Notes: generated by a model from the letters alone, not told the origin. DNA of 64,000 nt from Myxococcota bacterium (GCA_965223415.1 OZ245002.1:4192001-4256000), one strand, 5' to 3'. Shown: positions 38,251 to 47,524, counted from the first letter of the stretch. Program-made: numbers and translations.

Positions 38251-39138
38251 ATGGACATCGGGCGGGTGGGCGTGTGGAGCCGGACCGACGGCCTCTCGGC
38301 CGGCGAAGCGGCGGCCTTCGCCCGGCGCGTCGAGGCCCTGGGCTACGGCGCCCTCTGGATCCCCGACGCCTTCGGACGCGATCCCTTCGCCCATGCCGGC
38401 TGGCTCTTCGCCCACACCGAGCGCCTGGTGGTGGCGACCGGCGTGGTGAACATCCATCTCCGGGAGGCCCAAGCGACGGCCTGCGCTCAGCGTGAGCTGC
38501 ACGACCAGTCAGGCGGGAGGTTCCTTCTCGGTCTGGGCGTGTCCCACGGCACCGTCGTGGAGGCGATGTTCCGCAAGGCGTACCCGAAGCCCGTGCCGAG
38601 CATGCGCGAGTACCTGGACAAGCTCGACGCCGCGCCCTGGTGGGGTCCCGCCCTGGAGGGCGAGCCGCCCATCGTGCTGGCCGCCCTCGGGCCGCGGATG
38701 CTGGAGCTGGCCGCCGAGCGGACCTGCGGCGCCCACCCCTTTTTCGCGCCGCCCTCGAACACCGCCCGCTCCCGCGAGATCATGGGCCCCGGCCCCTGGC
38801 TGTGTCCCGAGCAGAAGCTCCTGCTCGAGACCGATCCCGAGAAGGCGCGAGCGCGCGCTCGGAAGTCGATGGCCGGGCCCCTCGGCATGCCCAACTACCG
38901 CCGGAACCTGGTTCGCGCGGGCTTCGCCGAGCACGAGCTCGACCAGTGCGGTAGCGACCCGGTCGTCGACGCCGTGGTGGCCTGGGGCGACGTGGACGCT
39001 CTCGTCCGCCGCGTCCAGGAGCACCTGCACGCGGGCGCCTCCCATGTCTGCATCCAGCCCCTGTCCGTGGACGATCCGGCCCGACCCGACGTGGAGCTGC
39101 TCGAGAAGCTCGCGCCGCGTCTGTGCGGAGGCGGTTAG
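38251..39138 (+). CDS. LLM-class, putatively F420-dependent oxidoreductase
   Basis: GYGALW, VATGVVNI, LGLGVSH, LAALGPRML, GAHP, NYRRN. Confidence 0.85.
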   Translation: MDIGRVGVWSRTDGLSAGEAAAFARRVEALGYGALWIPDAFGRDPFAHAGWLFAHTERLVVATGVVNIHLREAQATACAQRELHDQSGGRFLLGLGVSHGTVVEAMFRKAYPKPVPSMREYLDKLDAAPWWGPALEGEPPIVLAALGPRMLELAAERTCGAHPFFAPPSNTARSREIMGPGPWLCPEQKLLLETDPEKARARARKSMAGPLGMPNYRRNLVRAGFAEHELDQCGSDPVVDAVVAWGDVDALVRRVQEHLHAGASHVCIQPLSVDDPARPDVELLEKLAPRLCGGG

Positions 39139-40436
39139 GCGGCCGGTCGCACCGGCAGCCGATGGATCGCGGACACGTGCAGGTTCGGCACCCGCTCCGG
39201 CGGCCCGGCGGCCTCGAAGCGGTGCAGGATCGGGATGAGCGCCCGGAGCGCCGCCCGCAGCTCCCAGCGCGCCAGGTTCGCGCCGAGACAGAAGTGGGCC
39301 CCGAAGCCGCCGAAGGCCAGGTGGTGGTTCGGCCAGCGGGTGACGTCGAAACGGTAGGGATCCGGGAAGACGGTCTCGTCGCGGTTGGCGGACGGGTACC
39401 ACATGCCCACGTCTTCGCCGGCGCGGATGCGCGTGTCGGCGATCTCGATGTCGCGCACTGCGGTGCGGGCGAACTGGACCACCGGCGACGTCCAGCGCAG
39501 GATCTCCTCGGCGGCGGTCGCCACCAGGTCCGGGTTCCCGCACAGCAGGTCGCGCTGCGCCGGGTGCTCCAGCAGCGCGGAGACCCCGCCGCTGATCGCG
39601 TTCTGGGTGGTCTCGTTGCCCGCCGCCAGGATCACGAACAGGAAGCCCTGGAGCTGCTGCTCGGTCAGCGGCTTGCCGTCGACCCGCCCGTGCACGATCA
39701 CGCTCGAGAGGTCGTCGCCTCCGGGGCCCCGCGCCCGCCGATCCCGGGCGAGCTCCACCATGTAGTCGGTGATCTCTCCGTAGGCCCGGGCCACGCCCTG
39801 GTTGCGCTCCTCGCCCGGCTCGAAGAAGCCCGGCTCCGGCGCGCCGATGAGCACGTTGGTGAGCTGTTTCAGTCGCATCCAGTCGCCGGCGGGCAGGCCC
39901 ATCATCTCGCCGATGGCGGCGAGGGGGAGCTTCTGGGCGAAGCTCCGGACGAAGTCGCAGAGCTCACCCTCCTCGGCCGCTCGCTCGAGCTCCGCGGCGA
40001 ACTCGTCGGCGAACTTCCGCGCCAGATCGTCGAAGTGCCCCTCGAGCTTGCGCAGGGCCGCGGGGGTGAAGCGCCGCGCCACCACGAGCCGGAACTCGCG
40101 GTGGCGCGGGTCGTCCATGTAGATGAAGTCCGGCGGTTCCTTCGGGTCCCAGCCGTGGGCCTCGGTCCGCAGGCGCATGGAGGTCTCCATGCGCGCGTCC
40201 TCTTCGCGGGTCATGAGGCGCAAGCGCCGGCTGTTCACGAAGACGTCGGACCGGCGCGAGACCTCGAGCACGTCCGCGTGGCGGGTGATCGCCCAGAATG
40301 GCGCCATCTCTTCCCGCTCGTACCAGAACACCGGGGCCTCCCGGCGCAGCAGGTCCCACTCCCGCCAGGGGTAGCCCTCGCGCACGTAACGGTCGGTGCT
40401 GTGGATGTCGAGGGTCGCAAGCGTCGGCTCGGGCAT
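39135..40436 (-). CDS. Cytochrome P450 (CYP124/125/142-like)
   Basis: AGNETT, EEILRW, SANRDE, FGGFGAHFCLG heme motif. Confidence 0.93.
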   Translation of the reverse strand: MPEPTLATLDIHSTDRYVREGYPWREWDLLRREAPVFWYEREEMAPFWAITRHADVLEVSRRSDVFVNSRRLRLMTREEDARMETSMRLRTEAHGWDPKEPPDFIYMDDPRHREFRLVVARRFTPAALRKLEGHFDDLARKFADEFAAELERAAEEGELCDFVRSFAQKLPLAAIGEMMGLPAGDWMRLKQLTNVLIGAPEPGFFEPGEERNQGVARAYGEITDYMVELARDRRARGPGGDDLSSVIVHGRVDGKPLTEQQLQGFLFVILAAGNETTQNAISGGVSALLEHPAQRDLLCGNPDLVATAAEEILRWTSPVVQFARTAVRDIEIADTRIRAGEDVGMWYPSANRDETVFPDPYRFDVTRWPNHHLAFGGFGAHFCLGANLARWELRAALRALIPILHRFEAAGPPERVPNLHVSAIHRLPVRPAA

Positions 40437-40500
40437 GGGGCCACTGTGGGCTAGAATGCCCGCTTCGTCCAGAAGGCCGGGCTCGGCCGGGAGGCATCTC

Positions 40501-41382
40501 ATGGCGACCGCTCTCGCATCCGACGTGCTCGAGGTCACGCGTCTCACGGGCTCGCTCGGCGCCGAGGTCCGGGGAATCGCCCTGGGCCAGGCCGGTCCGG
40601 AGGAGGCCGAGGCGCTGAAGGAGCTGATGGCGGAGCATCTGGTCCTCTTCTTCCCGGACCAGCACCTCACGCCCGACGCCCACATTGCCTTCGGGCGCCT
40701 CTTCGGGGAGCTCGAGGCCCACCCGAACCTCCACCTCGACGCCGAGCGGCCCGAGTTCTTCGAGCTCCACGCCACCGGCGGCGCCGGCGCCATCGCCGAC
40801 GAATGGCACAGCGATCTCACCTGTCAGGAGGAGCCGTCGGTGATGGCGATCCTGCAAATGGTGAAGTGCCCGCCCTTCGGCGGTGACACGCTCTGGGCGA
40901 ACGCCTACAAGGCCTACGACGAGCTCTCGCCGCCGATGAAGGAGCTCTGCGAGGGGCTCACCGCTCTCCACGACGCCCATCCCCACGGCAAGCCAGAGAA
41001 CATGGCGATCCATCCCGTCGTGCGAACCCACCCGGTGACCGGCCGCAAGTCCCTCTTCGTGAACGAGCACTTCACCCGCCGCATCGTCGAGATGGGCCAC
41101 CAGGAGAGCGAGGCCCTGCTCGGGTTCCTGACCGGTTGGATCACGAGCCCGAACTTCACGGTCCGCTACCACTGGAGCGAAGGCACGATCGCGATGTGGG
41201 ACAACCGCTGCACGCAGCACTGCGTGCTGAACGACTTCGAGGGTGAGCGGGTCATCCAGCGCGTCACCGTGATGGGCGATCGGCCCGAGGCCGCTGCTCC
41301 GCTGCGCTGGGAACCCTTCGTCAAGCCCTTCAGCGCCGCGAGCCGGCACGACCGCCAGCTCAAGACGTTCCTGCACCGCTAG
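40501..41382 (+). CDS. TauD/TfdA alpha-ketoglutarate dioxygenase
   Basis: WHSD, GGDT, HPVVRTHP, WDNRCTQH. Confidence 0.92.
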   Translation: MATALASDVLEVTRLTGSLGAEVRGIALGQAGPEEAEALKELMAEHLVLFFPDQHLTPDAHIAFGRLFGELEAHPNLHLDAERPEFFELHATGGAGAIADEWHSDLTCQEEPSVMAILQMVKCPPFGGDTLWANAYKAYDELSPPMKELCEGLTALHDAHPHGKPENMAIHPVVRTHPVTGRKSLFVNEHFTRRIVEMGHQESEALLGFLTGWITSPNFTVRYHWSEGTIAMWDNRCTQHCVLNDFEGERVIQRVTVMGDRPEAAAPLRWEPFVKPFSAASRHDRQLKTFLHR

Positions 41383-43495
41383 GCGGATCGCCCTGCGGGC
41401 GCGCCAGGCCCTGGGGCGTGAGCTCGGCCTCGGCGGGAACCGCTTCGCCCGCCAGGATCGCCTCCACGCGATCGAGCAGCTCCGGCAGCGGGTAGGGGCG
41501 CGCCGGGTGGCCGGTGAAGGGCTCGGTCGTCACGAACGGCTGGGTCAGGAAGCGGAGGAGCCTCTGGGCGCGCGCGGTCTCCTCCGGATCCGCGTCGGCG
41601 ATCGTCGCCGGATCCGGAAGCGCGAGGTCCGGGTCGCACCGCTCGTAGTCGATCAGGAGCGCCCGGGCTCGCTCGGACACGCGCGCATGTCGCGGGCTCG
41701 CGAACGCTCCAGGCTCGCTGCGGACGTGGCTGCCGACCGGATCCACGGCCGGATAGAGGCCGCGCCGGGCGCGTCGCCGGTCGAGGGTGACCCGCGCGTC
41801 CCAGGGAGCGACGAGGGCCGAGCGGCCATCCTCCTCCTGGTTCTCGAACGGGGAGACGACGAGCGTGGTCATGGATCCAGCCGGCGCCGGCGTCCGCAAG
41901 CGGGTGAAGCTCGCCTCAGCGTCGATCTCGAATCCCGTCTGCGTGAGCAGGACGACGAGCACGTCCCGCCCCTCTTTCCGAAGCTCCTCGGCGTGGTCGA
42001 TGCCTTCCGCGAAGGTCTTGCGACGGGCGTCCGGCGGGTTCTCCCGGGGCGCGAGGTGCACGGCCACGTTCCGGGCGAGTCCGGCCTCCCGTAGCTCCGC
42101 CCGCAGGTCGTCCGGGTCGAAGGGGCCCTGGGCGATCCCGGTCCATAGCGCCGCCCCGTCGGGCCGGTTCGCCCAGCGATGGCTCAGCTCGTTCAGCAGC
42201 ACGACCATGCCGCAGCCGGCGCGGAAGGGGACCCGGACGAGGGCGCCGCGGGCGAGGGGCACGAACAGGTCCACCGCGCGGATGCCCGTCGCGGAGGTTC
42301 GCGCTTCCCCGGCCGGAACGGCCAGGGGACGGGGTGCCTCGTCCTCCCGCTCCGGAAGCCGCGCCGCGACCTGCGCGTGCCCCTTCGCCAGTGCCCAGGC
42401 TCGCGCTGTGCGTCCGGCCCGGTCGGGGAGGTCCGAGCGGGCGCCGTGCTCGAGCAGGAGGGCGACGAGATCCTCGCGTCCCCGCATGGCCGCCACGTGG
42501 ATGGGAGCGTTGCCCGTCGCCGCCCGCCGGTTCGGGTCGGCGCCGGCCTCGAGGAGCCGGCGTACGATCTCCATCTCCTCGAGGAGGACGGCGGCCCAGA
42601 GCGGGGATTCTCCGGTCGCGCATCCGCACCGCCCGTCGGCGACGGCGCCGCGAGCGAGGAGGAGCTCGGTCATGTCGAGGTCTCCCCGTTCGACGGCAGT
42701 GACGAGCGGCGTGGCCCGGGAGGCGAAGGGGAGCACGCCTTCGTAGACGAGCTCCGGATCCCAGCGCTGCTCCGTCTCCACGAGCTCCGGCATGCGCGTG
42801 AGCATGCGCGCTACCTCGTCGTGGTCGCCCGCGCGAAGCGCGAGAAAGAACTGCACGGCAGCGCTGAAACGCGGGTCCCGGGAGGGGCGCAGGGGTGTGG
42901 GCTCGGCCATGGGGTTCTCCTCCGATCCCGGCGCACCGGGCTCGCCGGGCAATGGGTAGGCCTCCCGGAGCCGCGCCCTGGCCCTTCGCAGGCGCTTCTT
43001 CAGGCTCGGCAACGAGAGCTCGAGGAACGATGCGAGGGCCGGCTGCGGCTCGCCGGCGAAGTAGTGGAGGACGAGGGGGAGGCGTTCGGACCGGGGCAGG
43101 GCCTCGACGGCACGCCGGAGCTGCTCGGCCTCGCGCCGGTCCTCGAGAGCGGCGTCGGGCAGGGGGCCGCTCGCCGTTCTCTCGCGGGGCTCCCGAGTGG
43201 CCACCTCGAGTCGTCCGCGGCGCGTCACCCGGTCGCAGTGCTTGAGCACGATGCGCCGGAGCCAACCCGGGAAGGCCGCCGGCTCCTCGAGCTGCCGAAG
43301 GGCGACGTGGGCGTTCGCGAAGCTCTCCTGGGCCACGTCCCGCGCGAGCTCGATGTCACCCAGCCAGCCGAAGGCCGTCCCCACGACCATGTCCTGGAAC
43401 GCGACGACCAGCTCGCCGAAGGCGGCCAGCTCCCCGGCCTGGGCGCGCTCGACCTGGGCGACGTAGGGCTGGGGGCTTGCGTCGGGTTCCTGCAT
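41360..43495 (-). CDS. ECF sigma factor fused to ankyrin repeats and a degenerate F1-ATPase beta-like domain
   Basis: Sigma2 (AFGELV..DVAQE..FPGWL), sigma4 (LP..ER..LHYF..KKRLRRAR), ankyrin (TPLVTA, SPLWAA, GADPN, APIHVAA), F1-beta motifs (TGIRAVDLF, YPAVDP, FLTQPF, FTG). Confidence 0.88.
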   Translation of the reverse strand: MQEPDASPQPYVAQVERAQAGELAAFGELVVAFQDMVVGTAFGWLGDIELARDVAQESFANAHVALRQLEEPAAFPGWLRRIVLKHCDRVTRRGRLEVATREPRERTASGPLPDAALEDRREAEQLRRAVEALPRSERLPLVLHYFAGEPQPALASFLELSLPSLKKRLRRARARLREAYPLPGEPGAPGSEENPMAEPTPLRPSRDPRFSAAVQFFLALRAGDHDEVARMLTRMPELVETEQRWDPELVYEGVLPFASRATPLVTAVERGDLDMTELLLARGAVADGRCGCATGESPLWAAVLLEEMEIVRRLLEAGADPNRRAATGNAPIHVAAMRGREDLVALLLEHGARSDLPDRAGRTARAWALAKGHAQVAARLPEREDEAPRPLAVPAGEARTSATGIRAVDLFVPLARGALVRVPFRAGCGMVVLLNELSHRWANRPDGAALWTGIAQGPFDPDDLRAELREAGLARNVAVHLAPRENPPDARRKTFAEGIDHAEELRKEGRDVLVVLLTQTGFEIDAEASFTRLRTPAPAGSMTTLVVSPFENQEEDGRSALVAPWDARVTLDRRRARRGLYPAVDPVGSHVRSEPGAFASPRHARVSERARALLIDYERCDPDLALPDPATIADADPEETARAQRLLRFLTQPFVTTEPFTGHPARPYPLPELLDRVEAILAGEAVPAEAELTPQGLARPQGDPPSGAGTS

Positions 43496-43655
43496 GACGT
43501 GGGAGAGGACCCGGTCGAGGGCCGGGCGGATACCCCCGAGAACGGCCCCGGCTTCCTTCGGCCGCCTGCAGAGGGTAGGCGAGCGGCGCCCGGGTGGGGA
43601 CCCCGCCCGCGCGGCACCAGGGCGGCTGGCATCCACCATCGCCTAGACTGCCCGG

Positions 43656-44492
43656 ATGGCCATCCTCGACGACAAGGTGGCGATCGTCACCGGCGCAGCC
43701 TCGGGCATCGGCAAGGCGACGGCGCAGCTCCTGGCCAAGGAGGGCGCTGCGGTCCTGGTGGCCGATCTCGACGAGGCCGGCGCCAAGACGGTGGCCGGCG
43801 AGATCGCCGACGCCGGCGGCCGCGCCCTGGGTCACGCCGTCGACGTCTCGGACGAGGCGGCGGTGCGGGGGATGATCGACGCCGCCGTGGCGGCCTTCGG
43901 CGGCCTCGACGTCCTGCACAACAACGCGGCGGCCATCGGCGCGGCGAGCCCCGGCCGGGACATGGACGTCGCCGCGATCGACGTCGAGGTCTGGGATCGC
44001 ACGATGGCCGTCAACCTGCGCGGCGTCATGCTCGGCTGCAAGCACGCGATCCCCCGGATGCTCGAGCGCGGCGGGGGGGCCATCGTCAACACCTCGTCGG
44101 GCTCCTCCCAGCGCGGCGACCTGACGATCCCCTCCTACGCGGTCTCGAAAGGCGGAGTCGACACGCTGACCCTCTACGTCGCCGCCCAGTACGGCAAGCG
44201 CGGCATCCGCTGCAACGCCATCGCCCCGGGCTTGATCCTGACCCATCCGGTGGAGCAGTTTGGTGGTGCCGAGTACGTCGGCATGCTGGAGGAGCACCAC
44301 CTGACCCCCCGGGTCGGACAGCCGGAAGACATCGCCCAGGCCGTCCTCTTCCTCGTTTCCGACGCCGCCGGGTTCATCACCGGCCAGATCGTCAACGTCG
44401 ACGGTGGCATCCTGAGCCATGCGCCGCCGGTCGCGGACATTCGGCGCATGGCGGCGATGGCCGCCTGGGCGAAGCAGGCTCCGAAGGGGTAG
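43656..44492 (+). CDS. SDR family oxidoreductase
   Basis: TGAASGIG, HNNAA, YAVSK, CNAIAPG, ITGQ..VDGG. Confidence 0.92.
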   Translation: MAILDDKVAIVTGAASGIGKATAQLLAKEGAAVLVADLDEAGAKTVAGEIADAGGRALGHAVDVSDEAAVRGMIDAAVAAFGGLDVLHNNAAAIGAASPGRDMDVAAIDVEVWDRTMAVNLRGVMLGCKHAIPRMLERGGGAIVNTSSGSSQRGDLTIPSYAVSKGGVDTLTLYVAAQYGKRGIRCNAIAPGLILTHPVEQFGGAEYVGMLEEHHLTPRVGQPEDIAQAVLFLVSDAAGFITGQIVNVDGGILSHAPPVADIRRMAAMAAWAKQAPKG

Positions 44493-44606
44493 GGCGCGCC
44501 CCGGGGCCCGCTGGCGGCGGACGGGATTCGTGGCTACCACGGGCTGGGCGCGGCCGTCCCGCGCTTCCCGACCCTACCCGACGCGAACCGAACTGGAGAC
44601 GCACCC

Positions 44607-44903
44607 ATGCCTGCCTACCTGATCGTGAACTACAAGGTCGAGAACCCGGAGCTCTACGGCGAGTATGCCGCCGCAGCCGGGCCCGCCATGGGGATCGGCG
44701 ACCAGTGCCAGCTGCTGGCGTTCGACGCCAAGTCGGAGCAGATCGAAGGCGAGGACGCCGGCCACCAGACCGTGCTCCTCAAGTTCGACTCCAAGGAGAA
44801 GGCCCGCGAGGTCTACGAGTCCGGTGACTACCAGGCGGTGGTCGGCAAGCGGCTCGAGGCCACCTCCAGCCACTTCGCCATCCTGGTCGACGGAATGGCC
44901 TGA
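44607..44903 (+). CDS. DUF1330-family protein
   Basis: MPAYLI, IEG, LKFDS..A..YES.DYQ. Confidence 0.85.
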   Translation: MPAYLIVNYKVENPELYGEYAAAAGPAMGIGDQCQLLAFDAKSEQIEGEDAGHQTVLLKFDSKEKAREVYESGDYQAVVGKRLEATSSHFAILVDGMA

Positions 44904-44904
44904 A

Positions 44905-45702
44905 GTGCGGCTCGAAGGCAAGGCGGCCATCGTCACCGGCTCCGCTCGCGGCACCGGCGAGGCCATCGCGCGGCTCTTCGTGGAAGAGGGCGCCCGGGTG
45001 ATGGTGTCGGACGTGCTTCACGACCGCGGCGAGGCGCTGGCCAAGCATCTCGGCGAGGCGGCGATCTACCAGCCGCTGGACGTGTCCCAGGCCCGCGACT
45101 GGGACACGGCGGTCGCCCGTGCGCGGGACGTGTTCGGAGGCATCGACGTGCTGGTGAACAATGCGGCGGTGCTGGTCATCCGGGGCATCGAGGACACGCA
45201 GCCCGAGGAGCTCGAGCGGCTCTTCCGCGTGAACCAGCTCGGCCCCTTCCTCGGCATCCGTGCCGTGGCCGGGCCGATGCGCGAGCGCGGCGGCGGGGCG
45301 ATCGTGAACGTCGCCTCCTCCGATGGCGTGAAGGGGATGAACGGCGTCGTCGGCTACGCCTCCACGAAGTGGGCCCTGCGCGGCATCACCAAGGCCGCCG
45401 CCATGGAGCTCGCGCGCGATCGCATCCGCGTCAACGCGGTGTGCCCCGAGGCCGGCAACCACGAGATGTCCGCCCCCTTCCTGCCCGCGGGCATCGACTC
45501 GCGTATGGCTGCCGAGCACAACGTGGGGCAGCTGCTGCGCCCGCCGGAGGGCTACGACCTCGACGACCACGTGCGCGACGTGGCGCGCGCCGTGCTGTTC
45601 CTGGCCTCGGACGACTGCCCCACTGCGACCGCCGCCGATCTCGTCGTCGACGGTGGCCTCACGGCCGGCTACATCCAGCGCGGGCTGCCCGGCTCCGATT
45701 GA
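44905..45702 (+). CDS. SDR, 3alpha/20beta-hydroxysteroid dehydrogenase-like
   Basis: TGSARGTG, NNAA, YASTKWALRG, RVNAVCP. Confidence 0.88.
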   Translation: MRLEGKAAIVTGSARGTGEAIARLFVEEGARVMVSDVLHDRGEALAKHLGEAAIYQPLDVSQARDWDTAVARARDVFGGIDVLVNNAAVLVIRGIEDTQPEELERLFRVNQLGPFLGIRAVAGPMRERGGGAIVNVASSDGVKGMNGVVGYASTKWALRGITKAAAMELARDRIRVNAVCPEAGNHEMSAPFLPAGIDSRMAAEHNVGQLLRPPEGYDLDDHVRDVARAVLFLASDDCPTATAADLVVDGGLTAGYIQRGLPGSD

Positions 45703-45703
45703 C

Positions 45704-46165
45704 TCAGCCGGGGGGCTCGCACACGAAGATCGGGATGTCCCGATCCGTGCGTTCCCGGTACTCGGCGTAGGGTGCGTAGTGCTGGTCGCAGAGGGGCCAG
45801 AGCGCGGGCTTCTCCTCGGCGCCCGCCAGCCGCGCCCGCAGCTTCATCTTGCGCCCCCGGTGGTTCACCTCGATGTCAGGGTGCTTCACCAGGTTGCCGT
45901 ACCACACCGGATTCTTCGGCGCTCCGCCCTGGGAGGCCACGAGGAGAACGCCCTCCCCGTAGGGCACGTACATCAGCGGGATCGTGATGCGCTTCCCGCT
46001 CCGGGCACCGGTCATCGTGACGAAGCACACCTCGTCGCCGCCGAGGGTGTTGAGGAAGCGTCCGCCGAAGAGGCGGTGCAGGAAGACGTGGGTGCGGGTC
46101 ATCGTCTTCAGCACCCAGCGCGGCGGCGGCGAGCCGGATCCGGAAGAGGGGGCTTCGCTGGCCAT
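45704..46165 (-). CDS. Deazaflavin (F420)-dependent nitroreductase, Ddn/DUF385 family
   Basis: TGARSG, VASQGGAPKNPVWYGNL, YRERTDRDIPIF. Confidence 0.9.
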   Translation of the reverse strand: MASEAPSSGSGSPPPRWVLKTMTRTHVFLHRLFGGRFLNTLGGDEVCFVTMTGARSGKRITIPLMYVPYGEGVLLVASQGGAPKNPVWYGNLVKHPDIEVNHRGRKMKLRARLAGAEEKPALWPLCDQHYAPYAEYRERTDRDIPIFVCEPPG

Positions 46166-46217
46166 GGGAATCCTCCGAGGGGTAGAGTGACGGCGCTCCC
46201 AGGAGGCTACCGCACAG

Positions 46218-46907
46218 GTGAACCCCTTCCCGGCGTTGCGGGGCGATGCCGCGCTGGCCGTCTACCTCGATCTCAAGAGCCCCTACGCGTTCATCGCCTT
46301 GGAGCCCACCCGCGCCATGGCCCGGGCGGCAGGCGTCGCGATCGACTGGCGCCCCTTTACCCTCGACATCCCCAGCTACCTGGGCTCGGCGCGCCTCGAC
46401 GGGAAGGGCCGCGTCGCCGAGAGCCGGCGCACGCCCCAGCAGTGGACCGGCGTGCGCTACGCCTACCGGGACGCGCGTCGCTACGCGAGCCTGCGTGGCA
46501 AGACGCTGCGGGGCACGGTCAAAATCTGGGACTCGAGCCTGGCGGGCATCGCCATGCTGTGGGCCAAGCAGCAGGGCCCCGAGCGCTTCGACCGCTTCGT
46601 CGACGAAGCCTACGCCCGCTTCTGGCGGCGTGAGCTCGACATCGAGGACGCGGGCGTGCTCGAGGCGCTGCTGGCGGAGACCGGCGCCGACGCGGCGGGC
46701 TTCCACGCCTTCGCCGACGGCCCCGGCCGCGCGGCCCACGACGTCCTGAACCAGGCCGCCTTCGACGCCGGCGTCTTCGGTGTCCCCACGTACCTCGTCG
46801 GAGACGAGATGTGGTTCGGCCGCGAGCACTTGCCGCGGGTCGCCTGGCTGCTGGGCGGTGCCGTCGGTCCTGCGCCCGAAGCGGCGAACCGGAGCTTCGA
46901 CCCGTGA
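46218..46907 (+). CDS. HCCA isomerase / kappa-GST (DsbA-like) protein
   Basis: DLKSPYAF, GVFGVPTY, FGREHL. Confidence 0.85.
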   Translation: MNPFPALRGDAALAVYLDLKSPYAFIALEPTRAMARAAGVAIDWRPFTLDIPSYLGSARLDGKGRVAESRRTPQQWTGVRYAYRDARRYASLRGKTLRGTVKIWDSSLAGIAMLWAKQQGPERFDRFVDEAYARFWRRELDIEDAGVLEALLAETGADAAGFHAFADGPGRAAHDVLNQAAFDAGVFGVPTYLVGDEMWFGREHLPRVAWLLGGAVGPAPEAANRSFDP

Positions 46908-47524
46908 GCCGTCTCACCGTCGCGCTGGACCTCCGGCACCCGCTCGCCTACCTGGCCCTCCAGCCCACCGTCGCACTCGCCCGGGAGCTCTCTCTCGACG
47001 TCGACTGGCTGCCGCTCTCGGTGCCAACGCTGCGTCCGCCGAGTGCGCGCCAGGCGGGCGACGACCGGGGCGTTCGCCACCGGCGCTACCGCGCCCAGGC
47101 CATCGCCCGCGAGATCGAGGCCTACGGCGCGGTCCAGGGGCTCGTGCTGCGCGAGCCGTACCGCAGCGCGGAGGTCGATGCGGCGATTCTCGGCTGGCTG
47201 TGGGTCCGGGAGCACCAGCCCGGCCGGCTGCCCGCCTTCCTGGGAGCCCTGTTCGCCGGCTATTGGTCCCTCGATCTCGACGCGGCCCGGGTCGACGCGG
47301 TCGCGGGCCTGGTCGAGACCGTCTCGGCGGATGCCACCGCCTTCCTCGAATGGGCGGTCGGGGAGGGACCGGAGCGTGCCCGCGCAGTGGCTGCCGAGCT
47401 GGAGGAGCGGGGCCTCTTCCAGGTGCCTGCCTACGCCGTGGAAGACGAGGTGTTCTACGGTCGGCAGCACCTGCCCATGATTCGCTGGATCCTCGAGGGA
47501 CGGTCCGGTCCCGGACCCATCTAG
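46904..47524 (+). CDS. Second, divergent HCCA isomerase/DsbA-like protein
   Basis: DLRHPLAY, GLFQVPAY, YGRQHLPMIRW; GTGA coupling. Confidence 0.75.
   Translation: MSRLTVALDLRHPLAYLALQPTVALARELSLDVDWLPLSVPTLRPPSARQAGDDRGVRHRRYRAQAIAREIEAYGAVQGLVLREPYRSAEVDAAILGWLWVREHQPGRLPAFLGALFAGYWSLDLDAARVDAVAGLVETVSADATAFLEWAVGEGPERARAVAAELEERGLFQVPAYAVEDEVFYGRQHLPMIRWILEGRSGPGPI

Noticed and set aside
41440..42300. Calling this a bona fide atpD gene
   Set aside because: Walker A Lys/Thr and Walker B Asp are absent, there is no N-terminal barrel or atp operon, and it is fused in frame to sigma and ankyrin domains.
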